In this document: in pieces, positions 24,405-37,898 of the stretch
Layout: each line of letters begins with the position of its first letter
How positions within the stretch are numbered: position 1 is the stretch's first letter
NCBI RefSeq assembly: GCF_006345805.1
Contig: NC_042998.1
Location: forward strand, 76,694,001-76,758,000
Origin: Octopus sinensis
Taxonomy: Eukaryota
Length of the DNA stretch: 64,000 nucleotides
Direction: 5' to 3'
Notes under the pieces: model-generated
Databases searched by the model: none
Told to the model about the DNA's origin: nothing
Seen by the model: only the letters and a program-made list of their open reading frames with translations
Program-made: the position numbers and the translations under genes

Positions 24405-24623
24405 GAGAAAGAAGCAACAAAATGGATTGGTTTTTAGTACAATTGTTTCATACAAAGACAGGCTTTATTACAAGTTGCAAAATTGCAGCAGATAAAGTGT
24501 CCGTACTCATTAGCTGATGAGTACGGGACACTTTTATCTGCTGCAATTTTTGCAACTGTAATAAAGCCTGTCTTTGTATGAAACAATTGTACTAAAAACA
24601 ATCCATTCTTGTTGCTCTTTTCG
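24403..24623. repeat. ~220-bp fold-back palindrome
   Basis: Centred on CATTAGCTGATG (24513/24514); the arms differ mainly by single-base indels in short homopolymers; the left arm abuts (TA)n. Confidence 0.9.
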
Positions 24624-24741
24624 TTTATAATCACCCCCACATTACTGTATGGATAACACCATGTATTTTTCTGGTGCATCTAAGTTAAGTACCACATTCA
24701 AGTAATTCTTTGGAAGTTACTTGAATCTTAATTGCTTTGAT

Positions 24742-24776
<35 letters not shown>

Positions 24777-24777
24777 T

Positions 24778-24833
<56 letters not shown>

Positions 24834-24966
24834 ATATATATAATATATATATATTATATATATGTATATATGTGTGTGTATGTATATATATATATTTATA
24901 CACACACACACTTATATACACAGGGAGAGGGCAGGAAACAAAGCCTATCTATCTGTCTGTCAATCT

Positions 24967-25144
<178 letters not shown>

Positions 25145-25492
25145 ATTATATATATATATATACATAATATAATACACCCAGCAAGTTAGGGGTTGTGGAT
25201 CCAACCTACTTAGGGATAATATTTATCCAATATAATGTTGGTATAATACCCAAAGTCAATTAACTTACTTATTGTATTAAATGGGTGAAGGTATAGAAAT
25301 ATTTTACCATTAATTTATAATACAAAAAAGAAATGGTGAAGCAATTTAGTTGATTCATCAGCTTTCGGATATTAGAATGTTGACTTAGAACCTCATTATA
25401 ATGTATATATGTATGTTATTAAGGTTCTCGTTTTTGTTAAATAAATAAATTTTGTTATTTGTATATATATATTATATATATATATATATATA

Positions 25493-25544
<52 letters not shown>

Positions 25545-25635
25545 TATATGTGTGTGTGTGTGTGTTGGGTGTGTTGTGTGTGTGTATGTGTATGTGTGTA
25601 TATATGCATATATATATATTGTATGTATATATATA

Positions 25636-25670
<35 letters not shown>

Positions 25671-25784
25671 CTCACATACACACATTTATGTGTACATATG
25701 TATATATGTATACATATATGCACGCGTATGTATCTATATCAATATTTGTATCTATCTATGTATATATATCTGAAAAGGATAAAA

Positions 25785-26010
25785 GGTCCTTCCTTTCATA
25801 AGAGCCGCTTTCCCGGTTTCATAGCGTATATATTCCCCACCTGGACGGGGAGCCGGTCCGCGGCAGGATTACTCTGTTTGCCAGCTGAGTGAACTGGAGC
25901 AACATAAAATGAAGTGTTTTATCCAAATGCATAACGCATCACCCGATCCACGAATTGATCCTGAATGCCCACATCCTGACCGTTCACTCACAGGCCCTCA
26001 CACCGCTCCC
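25785..26010 (-). mobile_element. SINE with a V-domain-like core
   Basis: Minus strand contains CCTGCCGCGGACCGGCTCCCCGTCCAGGTGGGG, resembling the V-SINE core CCTGCGATGGACTGGC..CCCGTCCAGGG. Confidence 0.5.
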
Positions 26011-26130
26011 CATAAATACAGACACTCACATATATATGGTACATGTACATATATATGTGTGTGTATATATATAAATATTATATATATAATATATATATAT
26101 AATATATATATATATTATATATATAGGACA

Positions 26131-26231
26131 TTATTATACATACATGCCACACGCTAAGAGGGACAAAATTAGTCATTTCCACCAATGACTAATTTTGTCC
26201 CTCTTAGCGTGTGGGCATGTATGTATAATAA
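26131..26231. repeat. ~100-bp hairpin (30-bp perfect core, 6-nt loop)
   Basis: 26148-26177 is the reverse complement of 26184-26213; the match extends outward with one bulge. Confidence 0.9.
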
Positions 26232-26363
26232 TGCCCTCTATATATAAATTAATATGTTCAATAAAAGAATTATTTTCGAAATTTTTTCTCTTATGAGGTC
26301 TTTCACGCTATCTACCTGATATTCTTTGTTAAGTGTTCCTTACTAAGAAGTTGTCCTTAATTG

Positions 26364-26400
<37 letters not shown>

Positions 26401-26404
<4 letters not shown>

Positions 26405-26794
26405 ACTATATATACACACACAGACACACACTCATACACATACACACACATATATAAAAATAGTTTAAAATTTCAGAAAAAGACAATCATAAGTGTAGGA
26501 ACAACAGGCATGTGTATTAATTTGACGCTCGAGAAGAATGGAAAAGCCTTTGGCATTTGGAGCCTACTCTCTTCGAAAAAAAGGACTGAGAGGGACAAAA
26601 TTGAGGGAACGAAAAAAAAAACGGAAATAGAAGAGACAAAATGTAGATATTAACGGTTTAACATGATGAATATATTATATACATACATACATACATACAT
26701 ATATTATATATATATATATATATGATGTATGTATGGAGGTATGTATGTATGTATATGATGAAATATTATTATACTACATACATACATACATACA

Positions 26795-26879
<85 letters not shown>

Positions 26880-26880
26880 A

Positions 26881-26916
<36 letters not shown>

Positions 26917-27215
26917 TGTATGTATATAATATATTTCATCATGTTAAACCGTTAATATCTACATTTTGTCTCTTCTCTTTCCGTTTTTTTTCGTTCCCTC
27001 AATTTTGTCCCTCTCAGTCCTTTTTTTCGAAGAGAGTAGGCTCCAAATGCCAAAGCCTTTTCCATTCTTCTCGAGCGTTAAGTTAATACACATGCCTGTT
27101 GTTCCTTCACTTATGATTGTCTTTTTCTGAAAATTTAAACTATTTTTATATATGTGTGTGTATGTGTATGAGTGTGTGTCTGTGGTGTGTATATGTGTGT
27201 GTATATATAGTTATG
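26401..27215. repeat. ~290-bp inverted repeat of a PLE-type terminus around a microsatellite spacer
   Basis: 26401-26690 matches the reverse complement of about 26925-27215 with few differences. Confidence 0.9.
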
Positions 27216-27306
<91 letters not shown>

Positions 27307-27312
<6 letters not shown>

Positions 27313-29128
27313 GAGTGTTTTCACTCCACCCCTTGGGCATCTCCAAATCACCAATCCAACTGACTTTTTTAACACTGCAGATATAAATCAGAGGCGGCGA
27401 CGACGATAGATTACATCGATATAAAGGAAGAAGATATAACCAAGGCTCTATAGATGAAATGAAAACAGACTCAGCTACTGGCCCCGATGGATTCCCGGCA
27501 ATCCTCCTAAAAGCATGTAAGAGAGTCTTAGCAAGACCACTGCAGTTCCTCTTTCAGAGCTTCCTTGCAGCTGGCAAACTTCCAGGAAAACTGAAGGAAG
27601 GTAAAATATGCCCCATTCATAAAGGAGGTAGCAGAGCGGAAGCCAAGAACTATAGACCTATCTCTCTGACCTCACACATCAGCAAGGTCATGAACGAATA
27701 GTCAGAGGAAGCTGATCACCTTCCTTGAAGAGAATGACTTGCTGCCCGACACCCAACATGGTTTCCGACCAGGGAGAAGCTGTTTAACTCAGCTCCTACA
27801 ACACTATGACTGGGTGCTGAAACGGCTGCTCAACCACTCAAATGTGGAAGTGATATATCTCGACTTTGCAAAGGCCTTTGATAAAGTCGATCATGGAATG
27901 ATATGTCACAAACTGCGTGATCTCAACATAGTTGGAAAACTGGGAGAATGGCTTCATGACTTTCTGAAGGATAGAAGTCAGGTGGTAGTAGCCAATGGGG
28001 CCACCTCCATTAACACACAAATAGTGAGCGGTGTTCCGCAGGGCACTGTTCTGGGACCACTATGTTCATAATGGCCCTCTCAGACATGCCCTCAGCCACG
28101 CAGAGAGCCACGATCACAAGTTATGCAGATGATACAAAAGTTTCACAGGCAATACAGAACCCTGAGGACACACAACACCTGCAATGTGAGCTGGACGAAA
28201 TATACAAGTGGGCTGAAAAGAATAGCATGCAGTTCAATGCTGGAAAGTTTCAAGCTTTATACTATCAGCATGCAAAAACTGATGCAATACCCAAGGAATA
28301 CACTGGACCGGAGGGATTGCAATCCCAGAGGCACAATCAGTGCGTGACCTGGGTATTCACATGAGTGATGACGCGACCTTTCATGTACATGTTGCTAAAC
28401 TGACACTGAAATGTAGACGGCTGGCTGGATGGATTCTTAGAACCTTTAGAACAAGAGAACAAGAAACCATGATGGTCCTCTGGAAGACACTTGGTCCTAA
28501 GCCACTTTGACTATTGCTCTCAGCTATGGTCACAATCCAGTGTCAAGTTGATCACAGAACTTGAGGCGACCCAACGAAGCTACACAAAGAAGATAGCCTC
28601 TATGCAGAATGTAAGCTACTGGGAAAGACTCAAGAGATTAAAATTATATTCCCTGGAGCGTAGGCGGGAAAGATATGCCTAATATACATCTGGAAGATCC
28701 TGGAGGGAAGTGTCCTGAACTTTGGCATCGAGAGTTACGCAAATGCCAGAACTGGGCGCCACTGCGTGGTGCCTAGGACTCCAAACCTGCCATCAAGATG
28801 TAGGACAAGATTCTGTGATAGCCTGGGCTTCCGAGGCCCACAGCTCTTCAATATCCTCCCGAAGAACCTGAGAGACCTGCATGGGGTGGATACAGATGTC
28901 TTTTAAATGAAGCTGGATCTCTTCCTGTCAGGTGTCCCAGATGAACCAACTTCACGGCAGGAGGGGCAGATGAGGGCAGCTGCATCGAACTCTCTCATGC
29001 ACCAAATAGCAGTTTCTAGAAAGCCTCCATGAAGTGAAACCAAGTAGCAACACCAAATGGCGGTGCCCCAGCATGGCCACAGCTCATAAGCTGAAACTAG
29101 AATCAATCAATCAATCAATCAATCAATC
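27307..29128 (+). mobile_element. 5'-truncated CR1/L2-group LINE (RT domain to 3' tail), frameshifted
   Basis: SATGPDGFP, YRPISLTS, QHGFRPGRSCLTQLL, YLDFAKAFDKVDH, SGVPQGTVLGP, YADDTK, LKLYSLERRRERY; ends in a stem-loop plus (TCAA)n; flanked by (TA)n. Confidence 0.95.
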
Positions 29129-29580
29129 ATATATATATATATATATATACACATATATATGTATATGTACATATTATATGTGAATGTCTGTGTTTTTATA
29201 TATATATATATATATATATACATGGACAACTATTACAGTACATGGTGTAGAATTCCTTCTTGTACCTATATTGAGGATTTCTTCGCTAATTACGTTCAAG
29301 TAATACTTTATATGTAAATTTAAACAGTTACACGCTCACTGACATTCAGTTCAATTTTTCTACCTTCATAGAAGCATATACATATACACATATATATGAG
29401 CGTATATATGTTGTTATGAAGGAAAAAGCTTAACTTGACTATAAAACAAACCGGTATAATAACGATGATAGAAAAGCATCTATGGCAGAGAAGTAAGCAG
29501 ATAACAAACATTCCATGCAAGTATACATATACAAAAACACATCCACACACCCATTATATAGATAGGCATGTGTGAATGTA

Positions 29581-29678
<98 letters not shown>

Positions 29679-30597
29679 TATATATATGTTGTGTGTGTGT
29701 GTGTTGAGTATTTAATAAAAAAAAAGCAGACATAACTTCTACAAATTCAGTCACATGGATTGATCCACATGCATTCGCTTGTTCAGAAGCACGCATACAC
29801 ACTGACACTTGATTACATTAAAAAGACTCAAGATAGAGAAAAAAGCCCATAAGGAAATTCAGAGTGAAAATGCGCAACTGCTTAAAAGAAAACAGTGTGT
29901 GTTAAAATGACAAGGAGGGGCAAGAAAGACAGGAAAAACAGATGGGAAGAGAGATTGTGTTACTGAAGAGAAAAGTATGAAGATGAAATTATTTCCGTTT
30001 GCTAGGTTAAAGATGTATTTAATTCGAATGGAAACTGCATCCGCAAACTCTGAAGCTAAAAGCGCATCGATGATTTCAGAATTTCAGATTAACTGACATA
30101 TCTGAGATTTTGGGTAATTTATGATGTAATAATACCGTTATCATACTTTAGCGTTCTTTTAAGTTGCTCATGCATAAGGATTAGAAAAACACTTTTGTCC
30201 TCATATTGTCTATATGTTCGAATAACCAACAATGTTATATCATATTACTGCAGAGAATATATTTATATTATCTGTATATAATTAAAATCATTTAATTTTT
30301 CTTTGCGTGTGACCTTTCTCGAAAAGCAAAATCTTTGCAATTGGTTACTTCACTCTAGTCTGTTAGTTGTTCTTCCCGTTACTTACCACTCCTATCACTC
30401 TCTGTAAGTTACTTAAGGCATGACCTATTTCAGTAAGCAAAAGTGATAGCTGAATTCACACTGCATTGCAAGTTCTATCGCCCACCACATACTCTTCAGG
30501 ACAAACAGTTTTAATGTATAGATATTTCATTTATTTGAACTTAGGTAAAACGAATATTTTATTATTTTTAACAAGAACATATATATATATATATATA

Positions 30598-30744
30598 TGG
30601 AGGTAAGAAGCTTACTTCCCATACACGTGGTTCCGGATTCAGTCCCACTGCGCGACACCTTGGGCTAGTGTCTTCTATTATAGCCTCGAACAGACCAAAG
30701 CCTAGTGAGTGGATTTGGTAGAGGAAAATGAAAGAAGCCCGTCG

Positions 30745-30776
<32 letters not shown>

Positions 30777-30920
30777 TGTGTGTTTGTTTGTATGTCTGTT
30801 TGTCTCCCACTATCGCTTGGCAAAAGGTGTTAGTGTGTTTACGTCCCCGTAAGTTAGCGGCTCCACAAAAGACGGATAGAATAATTACTAGGCTTAAAAT
30901 AATAAGTCCTAAGCTCAATT
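30598..30920 (+). mobile_element. SINE (family of 17890-18183), 3' end missing
   Basis: GGTAAGAAGCTTACTTCC..GGTTCCGGATTCAGTCCCACTGCG head and GTTTACGTCCCCGTAAGTTAGCGG body. Confidence 0.75.
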
Positions 30921-31033
30921 TCTATGTATGTATGTATGTATGTATGTATGTTATGTATGTATGTATGTATGTATGTATGTATGTATGTATATATGCATGC
31001 ATGTATATCTATCTATCTATCTATCTATCTATC

Positions 31034-31069
<36 letters not shown>

Positions 31070-31070
<1 letters not shown>

Positions 31071-32490
31071 TAGGTCATCCCATAAATTCTGTCCGATTTT
31101 TATGAAATTTAAATGAAATTTAACAGTATTTTAGAATGCTTAATGGAAATAAAAATTATTTTTATGCATTTGTGTGCATTTAAACTAATTAAATATTATT
31201 TTACAGAAAAATAGAATTAAAATTTCTTTGATTAAAACACTTTCTAACATGGAAGTATCCAAAGAAAATTTGAAGTACATAATGCTTTATGAGTACAAAA
31301 AAGGAAACTCTGCAGCCTAAGCGACTCGAAACATACACTCAGTGTATGGGAAAGAATGCTTGAATGAAAGAAATTGCAGAAGATGGTTTGCAAAATTCAG
31401 AAGCGGAAATTTCAGCCTTGAAGATGAAGGTCGAACAGGATGTCCTATTGAGTTTGATGATAAGCTCCTTGAAGCATTACTTGAAGAAAATCCTGCATTA
31501 TTAGTTGAAGAATTGGCAATAAAGCTTAGTTCAAACCATACAACTGTTTATCGTCATCTTCAACAACTTGGAAAGGTTCCTAAACTTGGAAAATGAGTGC
31601 TTCATGAATTGTCCGAAAGCAATCGCAAATCTCGAGTTGACATCTGCTCGTCTCTCAGCTCTCGCGAACTCATTTCACCCTTTTTGGACAGACTCGTGAC
31701 TAGTGACGAAAAATGGATCTTCTATCGAAATGTTAAACGTCGTAAACAGTGGCTTGGTAAAAGGGAAAAAGCTCAACCACAACCGAGAAGGGAACTTCAT
31801 GGGGAAAAGGTTCTTCTCTCTATCTGGTGGGATTGCAAAGGAGTAATTCACTTTGGATTGTTACCACCTAATGCAACAATCAATGCTCAAGTCTACTGTC
31901 AGTAATTAGAGCGTTTGAACCAAGCTTCGAAGAAAAAAAAGACCCGCTTTAGTGAATCAAAAAGGAGTGATGTTTCATTAGGACAATGCGCAGCCCCACG
32001 CTGCAAAGATCACATCACAGAAGATGGAAGAGCTTGGTTGGGAAAAAATTCCTCATCCACTTTATTCTCCCGACCTTGCTTCTTCAGACTACCATTTGTT
32101 TCGTAGTTTACAGAATCATTTGGGGGACATAACATTCGCAAGCCAGGAGGAGTCGAAACTGACATTTCAGAGTTCTTCGCTTTGAAACCAAAACAGTTTT
32201 ACATTGATGGGATTAAAAAGCTTGTAAATAGATGGAAGGAAGTCATAGATAATCAGGGAAAGTACATTGATGATTAAATTTCAATTAAATTTATATTTCT
32301 TTACTACCCACAAGGGGCTAAACATAGATGGGACAAACAAGGACAGACAAAGTGGTTAAGTCGATTACATCGACTCAGTGCGAAACTGGTACTTTATTTA
32401 TCGACACCGAGAGCATGAAAGGCAAAGTCGACCTCGGCAGAATTGAACTCAGAACGTAACGACTCGGATAGAACTTATGGGTTGACCTGA
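31070..32490 (+). mobile_element. mariner (DD34D) transposon with both TIRs, pseudogenised transposase (31249-32277)
   Basis: TIR TTAGGTCATCCCATAAATTCTGTCCGA (31070) and its complement at 32464-32490 (4 mismatches), TA flanks; motifs VTSDEKW, DNAQPH, YSPDLASSD; 34 residues between the last two Asp; several stops. Confidence 0.92.
32302..32463 (-). mobile_element. SINE inserted between the mariner stop codon and its right TIR
   Basis: Homologous to 49135-49300. Confidence 0.85.
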
Positions 32491-32729
32491 TATCTGTCTG
32501 CTGTCTGTCTGTCTATCAGTAAACGCATCAGTAGAGATTCCTTTACGGTTATAATATTTTCAATGTAGTACCTCCCCAAAGTGAACACAAAAGCTCTTTT
32601 CAAAAGCTTTGCTGATCGTTTTGCGTGACTAATCAAGGCGCGTGTTGCAACTGTGTTAATAATGTTATGCCTCCCTCGTCTTCACCCCGGTCTTCTTTTA
32701 TCATCACACAGTTGCCGCTTCTGCTGTTT

Positions 32730-33050
<321 letters not shown>

Positions 33051-33059
33051 TTTCTGATA

Positions 33060-33270
33060 TTGTCACAAAGCCAGAAATTTGTAGGGAGGGGACTAGTCGA
33101 TTACATCGACCCCTCTGTTTCAGTGGTATTTAATTTATTGACCCCGAAGGAATGAAAGGCAAAGTGGACCTTGGCAGAATTTCTACTGATGCGTTTACAG
33201 ATGAATAGATAGGCGGCAGACGAAATACTACTAAGCATCTCGTCTGGAGTGCTAATGATTCTGCTAGCTC
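33060..33270 (-). mobile_element. Diverged SINE copy
   Basis: GTCGATTACATCGACCCC..GAAAGGCAAAGTGGACCTTGGCAGAATTT matches the family core. Confidence 0.7.
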
Positions 33271-35667
33271 ACGGGCCATAAGAACCTGAGCCTAATCAAC
33301 AACAACAACAACAACAACACCAATCGTTTTAAATTTTTCCACAGGGGCAAAATGTTGGGGGAGTTGATGAGTTAGCTGGTACAAAAAATAATGGTAAGAT
33401 AAGCTAAACAGAAAATAAATAGACAAAATAAAATTTGAACAATGACTGAGAATCTCAGGACTGAAAGCAAAGACTGAAGGATTTTTAATTGCTATATATA
33501 TTCTGGGGTCATGAGGTTAATAATCTATTATATCGGCTGTGTTACATGACTGCTACTTCATTTTGTCTACCCAGAAAGGGTGAAAGGCAAATTTGACATC
33601 GATAGGGTTTCAACTCAGAACATAATGAACCAAAGCTAATAATTCTGCCAATCCTATTAGAGTAATTTTAATAATTCACAGACACTTGCACACACGCTAG
33701 CACGTACGCACACACACACTCACTACATAAATGCAAGTGTTCACACCCACACAATCACACATTTGAAGGACCACATACAGCGAAATTCTCTATGCATAAG
33801 TGCATAAAAGTAGGATGGAAATATTAGATATCACAAAGATATTATGTCTTTGAAACGTATAGGTTCACCTCCAAACTCCAATATCTTCTCTTGTCTCACA
33901 CGCTTTCTTCAGCTCAACCTCTTAAACGATGTGTTTAGTCCTTTTACCTAGATAACTTTTTTTCACTCACACCCTCCTTCGATAAAATTTGCAGAGCCAT
34001 AGTACTTTATGATGGTGCATAATTTCACGGTAAGTTGGTCAGAGAAAAACATTTTCACATTTAGACCAATTGCTCCTTCCATACTACGTTACAGCTTTTT
34101 TTTTTACTGTATGTGTAAGATCTTATCGCCATCAGCAACAATTACAATTTTTCTCACATTTTAAGGATGTTTTGATCAATTAAAACGCTATTATTACATG
34201 ATGGATAATTAGCGAATAGATTTCAAAAGGATGTAAAATAAGGGTAACCCTGTTGAGATTCGACCTCAGAATATAAATGGGCATTATACAAAACCGTAAT
34301 GTATTTTGAGCTGAACTCCATCGTATCGTTTTGTGCGATTCTAACATGTCAATGCATAGATAAGGTAAATAATGGAGTAAATTAAAAAACAAGTTGATAT
34401 TTATATATCACGGGGTTAAAATTAAATACACAATCAACCTAGTCGTTTCTGGTTACTCATATCTCATAATGGCAGAAAACATCCACGGAGATGAACGGGT
34501 AACGTCATCCATAGAGTAAAATACAAGCACTTTGAGGTGACTGAAAATACATGGTGTAAGCACATTCAAACGTATGTTAAAGCTGTTCCGTTATCATAAT
34601 CATTGATTAAAAAGAAGCATACAGACTTTGGTAAACATCTCGATCCCTTCCAAAAGTTAACATCTGAAAAGAAGCGGAGAAAAACTATCAAATTATATTA
34701 TTAATAATTGTCAATCGTTTAACCTGAAGAATAGTTTTCATTATCAAACATATTGGAGCACACTCTACTTGAAACGAAGTGCTGTTAAATTTGACGGTAT
34801 CTTATAACGTTTATCTATATACTAATTTTCTTAAGTGTATCTCGCGATGTGCCAACAAAGGAGCTTCTACGTGGTCATTCGAACTTCTAGAACAACAACC
34901 GAATCATACCTTAAAAAGGAAGATGATATGAGATAATGCAGTGCCAGAGAATTCCGATAGATGGAATGATCTTAAATCGAAAGCTTTTGGTAATAGAGTT
35001 GTTTCATTACGGCTAACACACTGCAAAATATTGTGCATGCAGTGTTAATGGAGAAAAGCAGTTATAATTTATCTCGCTATCCAGTTTACATATTTATTGA
35101 TTATAGCCAGATATAGTGGTGTTTCTCCCTAAGTGATCGAATTTTTCCATCTTTTGAATATTATAAGCAAGACTGATGCAATTTATATTTTGCACTACTG
35201 CGACTTTTAAAATTACTCACATTTCAAGGGCTAACCTAGAGATGGATGTTTTGTAAATAATTTTTTCGTTATTGCTCACGTCTCACCTCCATCAAACTAC
35301 TCAGGAAAGGTCAGAACAGCATGCATACGTAAACTTTACTTGATGAAAGCATTATTGCATTTCAAAGTTATAGTATTCAAAACTAACTGAGAACATTTAT
35401 TTAAAAGTATGAAATACGATCGTTATACTTTTAATTAAATTTTAATTACATACACAAACTAATAAACTATTCAAAGACCAGGATTAATTTGTAAAAAATT
35501 CCCAATGTTGTATATAACAATTTTGTAACCCATAAATGACCTTTCGTGGCAAATCTACAAATCTACAAATCTTTTAATTAAAAGTAATATATTAGTAATA
35601 AAATATATACGAATGCACATAAACGTACGGGTGTATGAATGGAAATGTATATATTTTATATATAAAA

Positions 35668-35759
<92 letters not shown>

Positions 35760-35767
35760 CACACTGC

Positions 35768-35824
<57 letters not shown>

Positions 35825-36140
35825 ATATATATATACACATACACACTGCGTGAGAAATTATGAGGTAGCTCACTTTTTTCGTAATAACACTGTTATGTAC
35901 TGTACCAAAATAAATCTGATCCCCCCCGTACGTAAAGAAACAACGGCCGTTTTAGTTAACATACGTCATTTTTACCGTCCTAAATTATTAGGTAGGTCTA
36001 ATAAAAATGCTAATTATGGAAAAGCAAACATTTATTTAATGTGACAAATATTTTTTAACAACAAATATAATCATATCGGACTTTATAGTGAACGTATGTT
36101 TGAATGGAAATAATACAAGAAATATGACGTCATAAAATTC

Positions 36141-36880
36141 TTAATGGTGGATGTATGATCCGCCACATGAGAGAACGTCCATGACGCGTTTATCCATTGA
36201 ATTTGTCATGGTAACTATTTCATCTGGTGTAATACCATCAGCAGCATCCACAATAGCTTCCCAGAGCGCATCTTTCGTTGAAAACTGCAGTCCATCTTGA
36301 TATATCTTCATCTTCAGAACACTCCACAGATATTCAATCACGTTTAAGTCGAGTATACACACTGGCCACTTCACCAAAAGGTGTCCAGAGAAGCCTAGTT
36401 GCTTTAGGTATTCCAGAGATTTCTTAGCTGCATGGGAGGGTGCATTATCTTGCATGAATATCAGCGTTCTCTTTAATGAAACTTTCTGTTTCTTCAACCA
36501 TGGCTTAAAATTGTCCTCCAAAATTTCAACATAGGCATTAGGTGTTATCTTAATTCCACCTGGAACTTTCCAAGGACCAACCAACTTGCCTCCAATGATG
36601 TCATCCCAAATCATGAACCATCTCCCCTTGGTTGGCGTCTCAAATGTTGAGGACGATTTCCTCTAATTGCAACCCATCTTTTATTCCACCCATCTGGTCT
36701 TTCTATGGTAACACCGCATTCGTTAGTAAAGAGGACTTTTGAAAAATCCATCTTGATGTAGTCTTCTGCCCATTTGACTATTTTATTTATGAATAGCCTT
36801 CAAGTAACAGGTTTTACGCTTTTGGTTACCTGCTTCAGGAAGCGACGCCTGGTAGATTTCGAAACGCTTTCCCTACCACA
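36141..36880 (-). pseudogene. Tc1-related transposase relic with DD37E spacing (TRT-like)
   Basis: ORF 36141-36614: QD-NAPSHAAKKSLEYLKQLGFSGHLLVKWPVCILDLNVI-E (37 residues); upstream frameshifted DFSKVLFTNE..RPDG..RRQPRG. Confidence 0.88.
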
Positions 36881-36894
36881 ACGTTTAAACATTT

Positions 36895-37031
36895 CTCGAC
36901 TACAGTTCTATATTTAAGAGATAAGGAATTATGTACATTATTTACATTATTTACATTTGACGGATATTTGTCCTAATCTTGTTTGTTGTTAACACAACGT
37001 TTCGGCTGATATGCCCTCCAGCCTTCATCAA
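36895..37031 (-). mobile_element. PLE terminus with a minimal HHR (C3 mutated, stem I 5' strand lost)
   Basis: Minus strand TTGATGA-A-GGCTG(GAGGGCATAT)CAGCC-GAAA-CG-TT|GTGTT; near-identical to 7950-8070. Confidence 0.75.
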
Positions 37032-37217
37032 GCACTACGCCATATGCCCCTGGATCTATCCGTGCATGTATTGACACGTTCCACATCTGCTTTTATTACA
37101 CTTCGATACTGTGAATGTTTTATTTTGTTTGTTCATTTTTAATGTTAAAATACCATAATAAAAGACGTGAAAACCAGGCCATGTTTCAACTATATTCAAC
37201 TGACACACACACACACA

Positions 37218-37248
<31 letters not shown>

Positions 37249-37494
37249 TTATGCAGGTAGGCAAAATTTGAGCTATCTTCTTCAAGTATGTCTGCTTATT
37301 CTAGTATTACAACCCAGTATGTAGTTGTCGTTATTTTATTGATGTAAGGTACACCTTAAAGTTAAAAAAAATCTGGAAATAATGTTTGCAGACTATCTGT
37401 ATAACAAAATAGGCAGTTGGTAATAATTGATGTATTATTTATTCGCTATTAATTTTATTTACTAATAGTAATCACATATATGTGTATGTGCGTG

Positions 37495-37532
<38 letters not shown>

Positions 37533-37548
37533 ATATATTATATATATA

Positions 37549-37753
37549 ACAATTAATAAGAGGAATGACCACTAAAGTGGAATCCTATACGCTAGAAATA
37601 GACGTTAAATCGCCTTACCACAAAAAGTGTTCTCTGGAAAAACACCAAACGCCAATTTTTTTTTTGAGAACACACTCCTTGTGGTAAAGCGATTTGCCGT
37701 CTATTTCTAGCGTATAGGATTCCACTTTAGTGGTCATTTCTTTTATTAATTGT
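37549..37753. repeat. ~87-bp imperfect inverted repeat, 31-nt spacer; same family as 51135-51326
   Basis: GCTAGAAATAGACGTTAAATCGCCTTACCACAAAAAGTGTTCTC versus GCTAGATATAGACGTCAAATCGCCATTCACCACAAAAGATTATGTTCTC. Confidence 0.85.
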
Positions 37754-37821
37754 AATATAGATATCAATTTCTACCCTCAGTATTTAAATTTTTATACACA
37801 CACACACACATATATATATAT

Positions 37822-37898
<77 letters not shown>

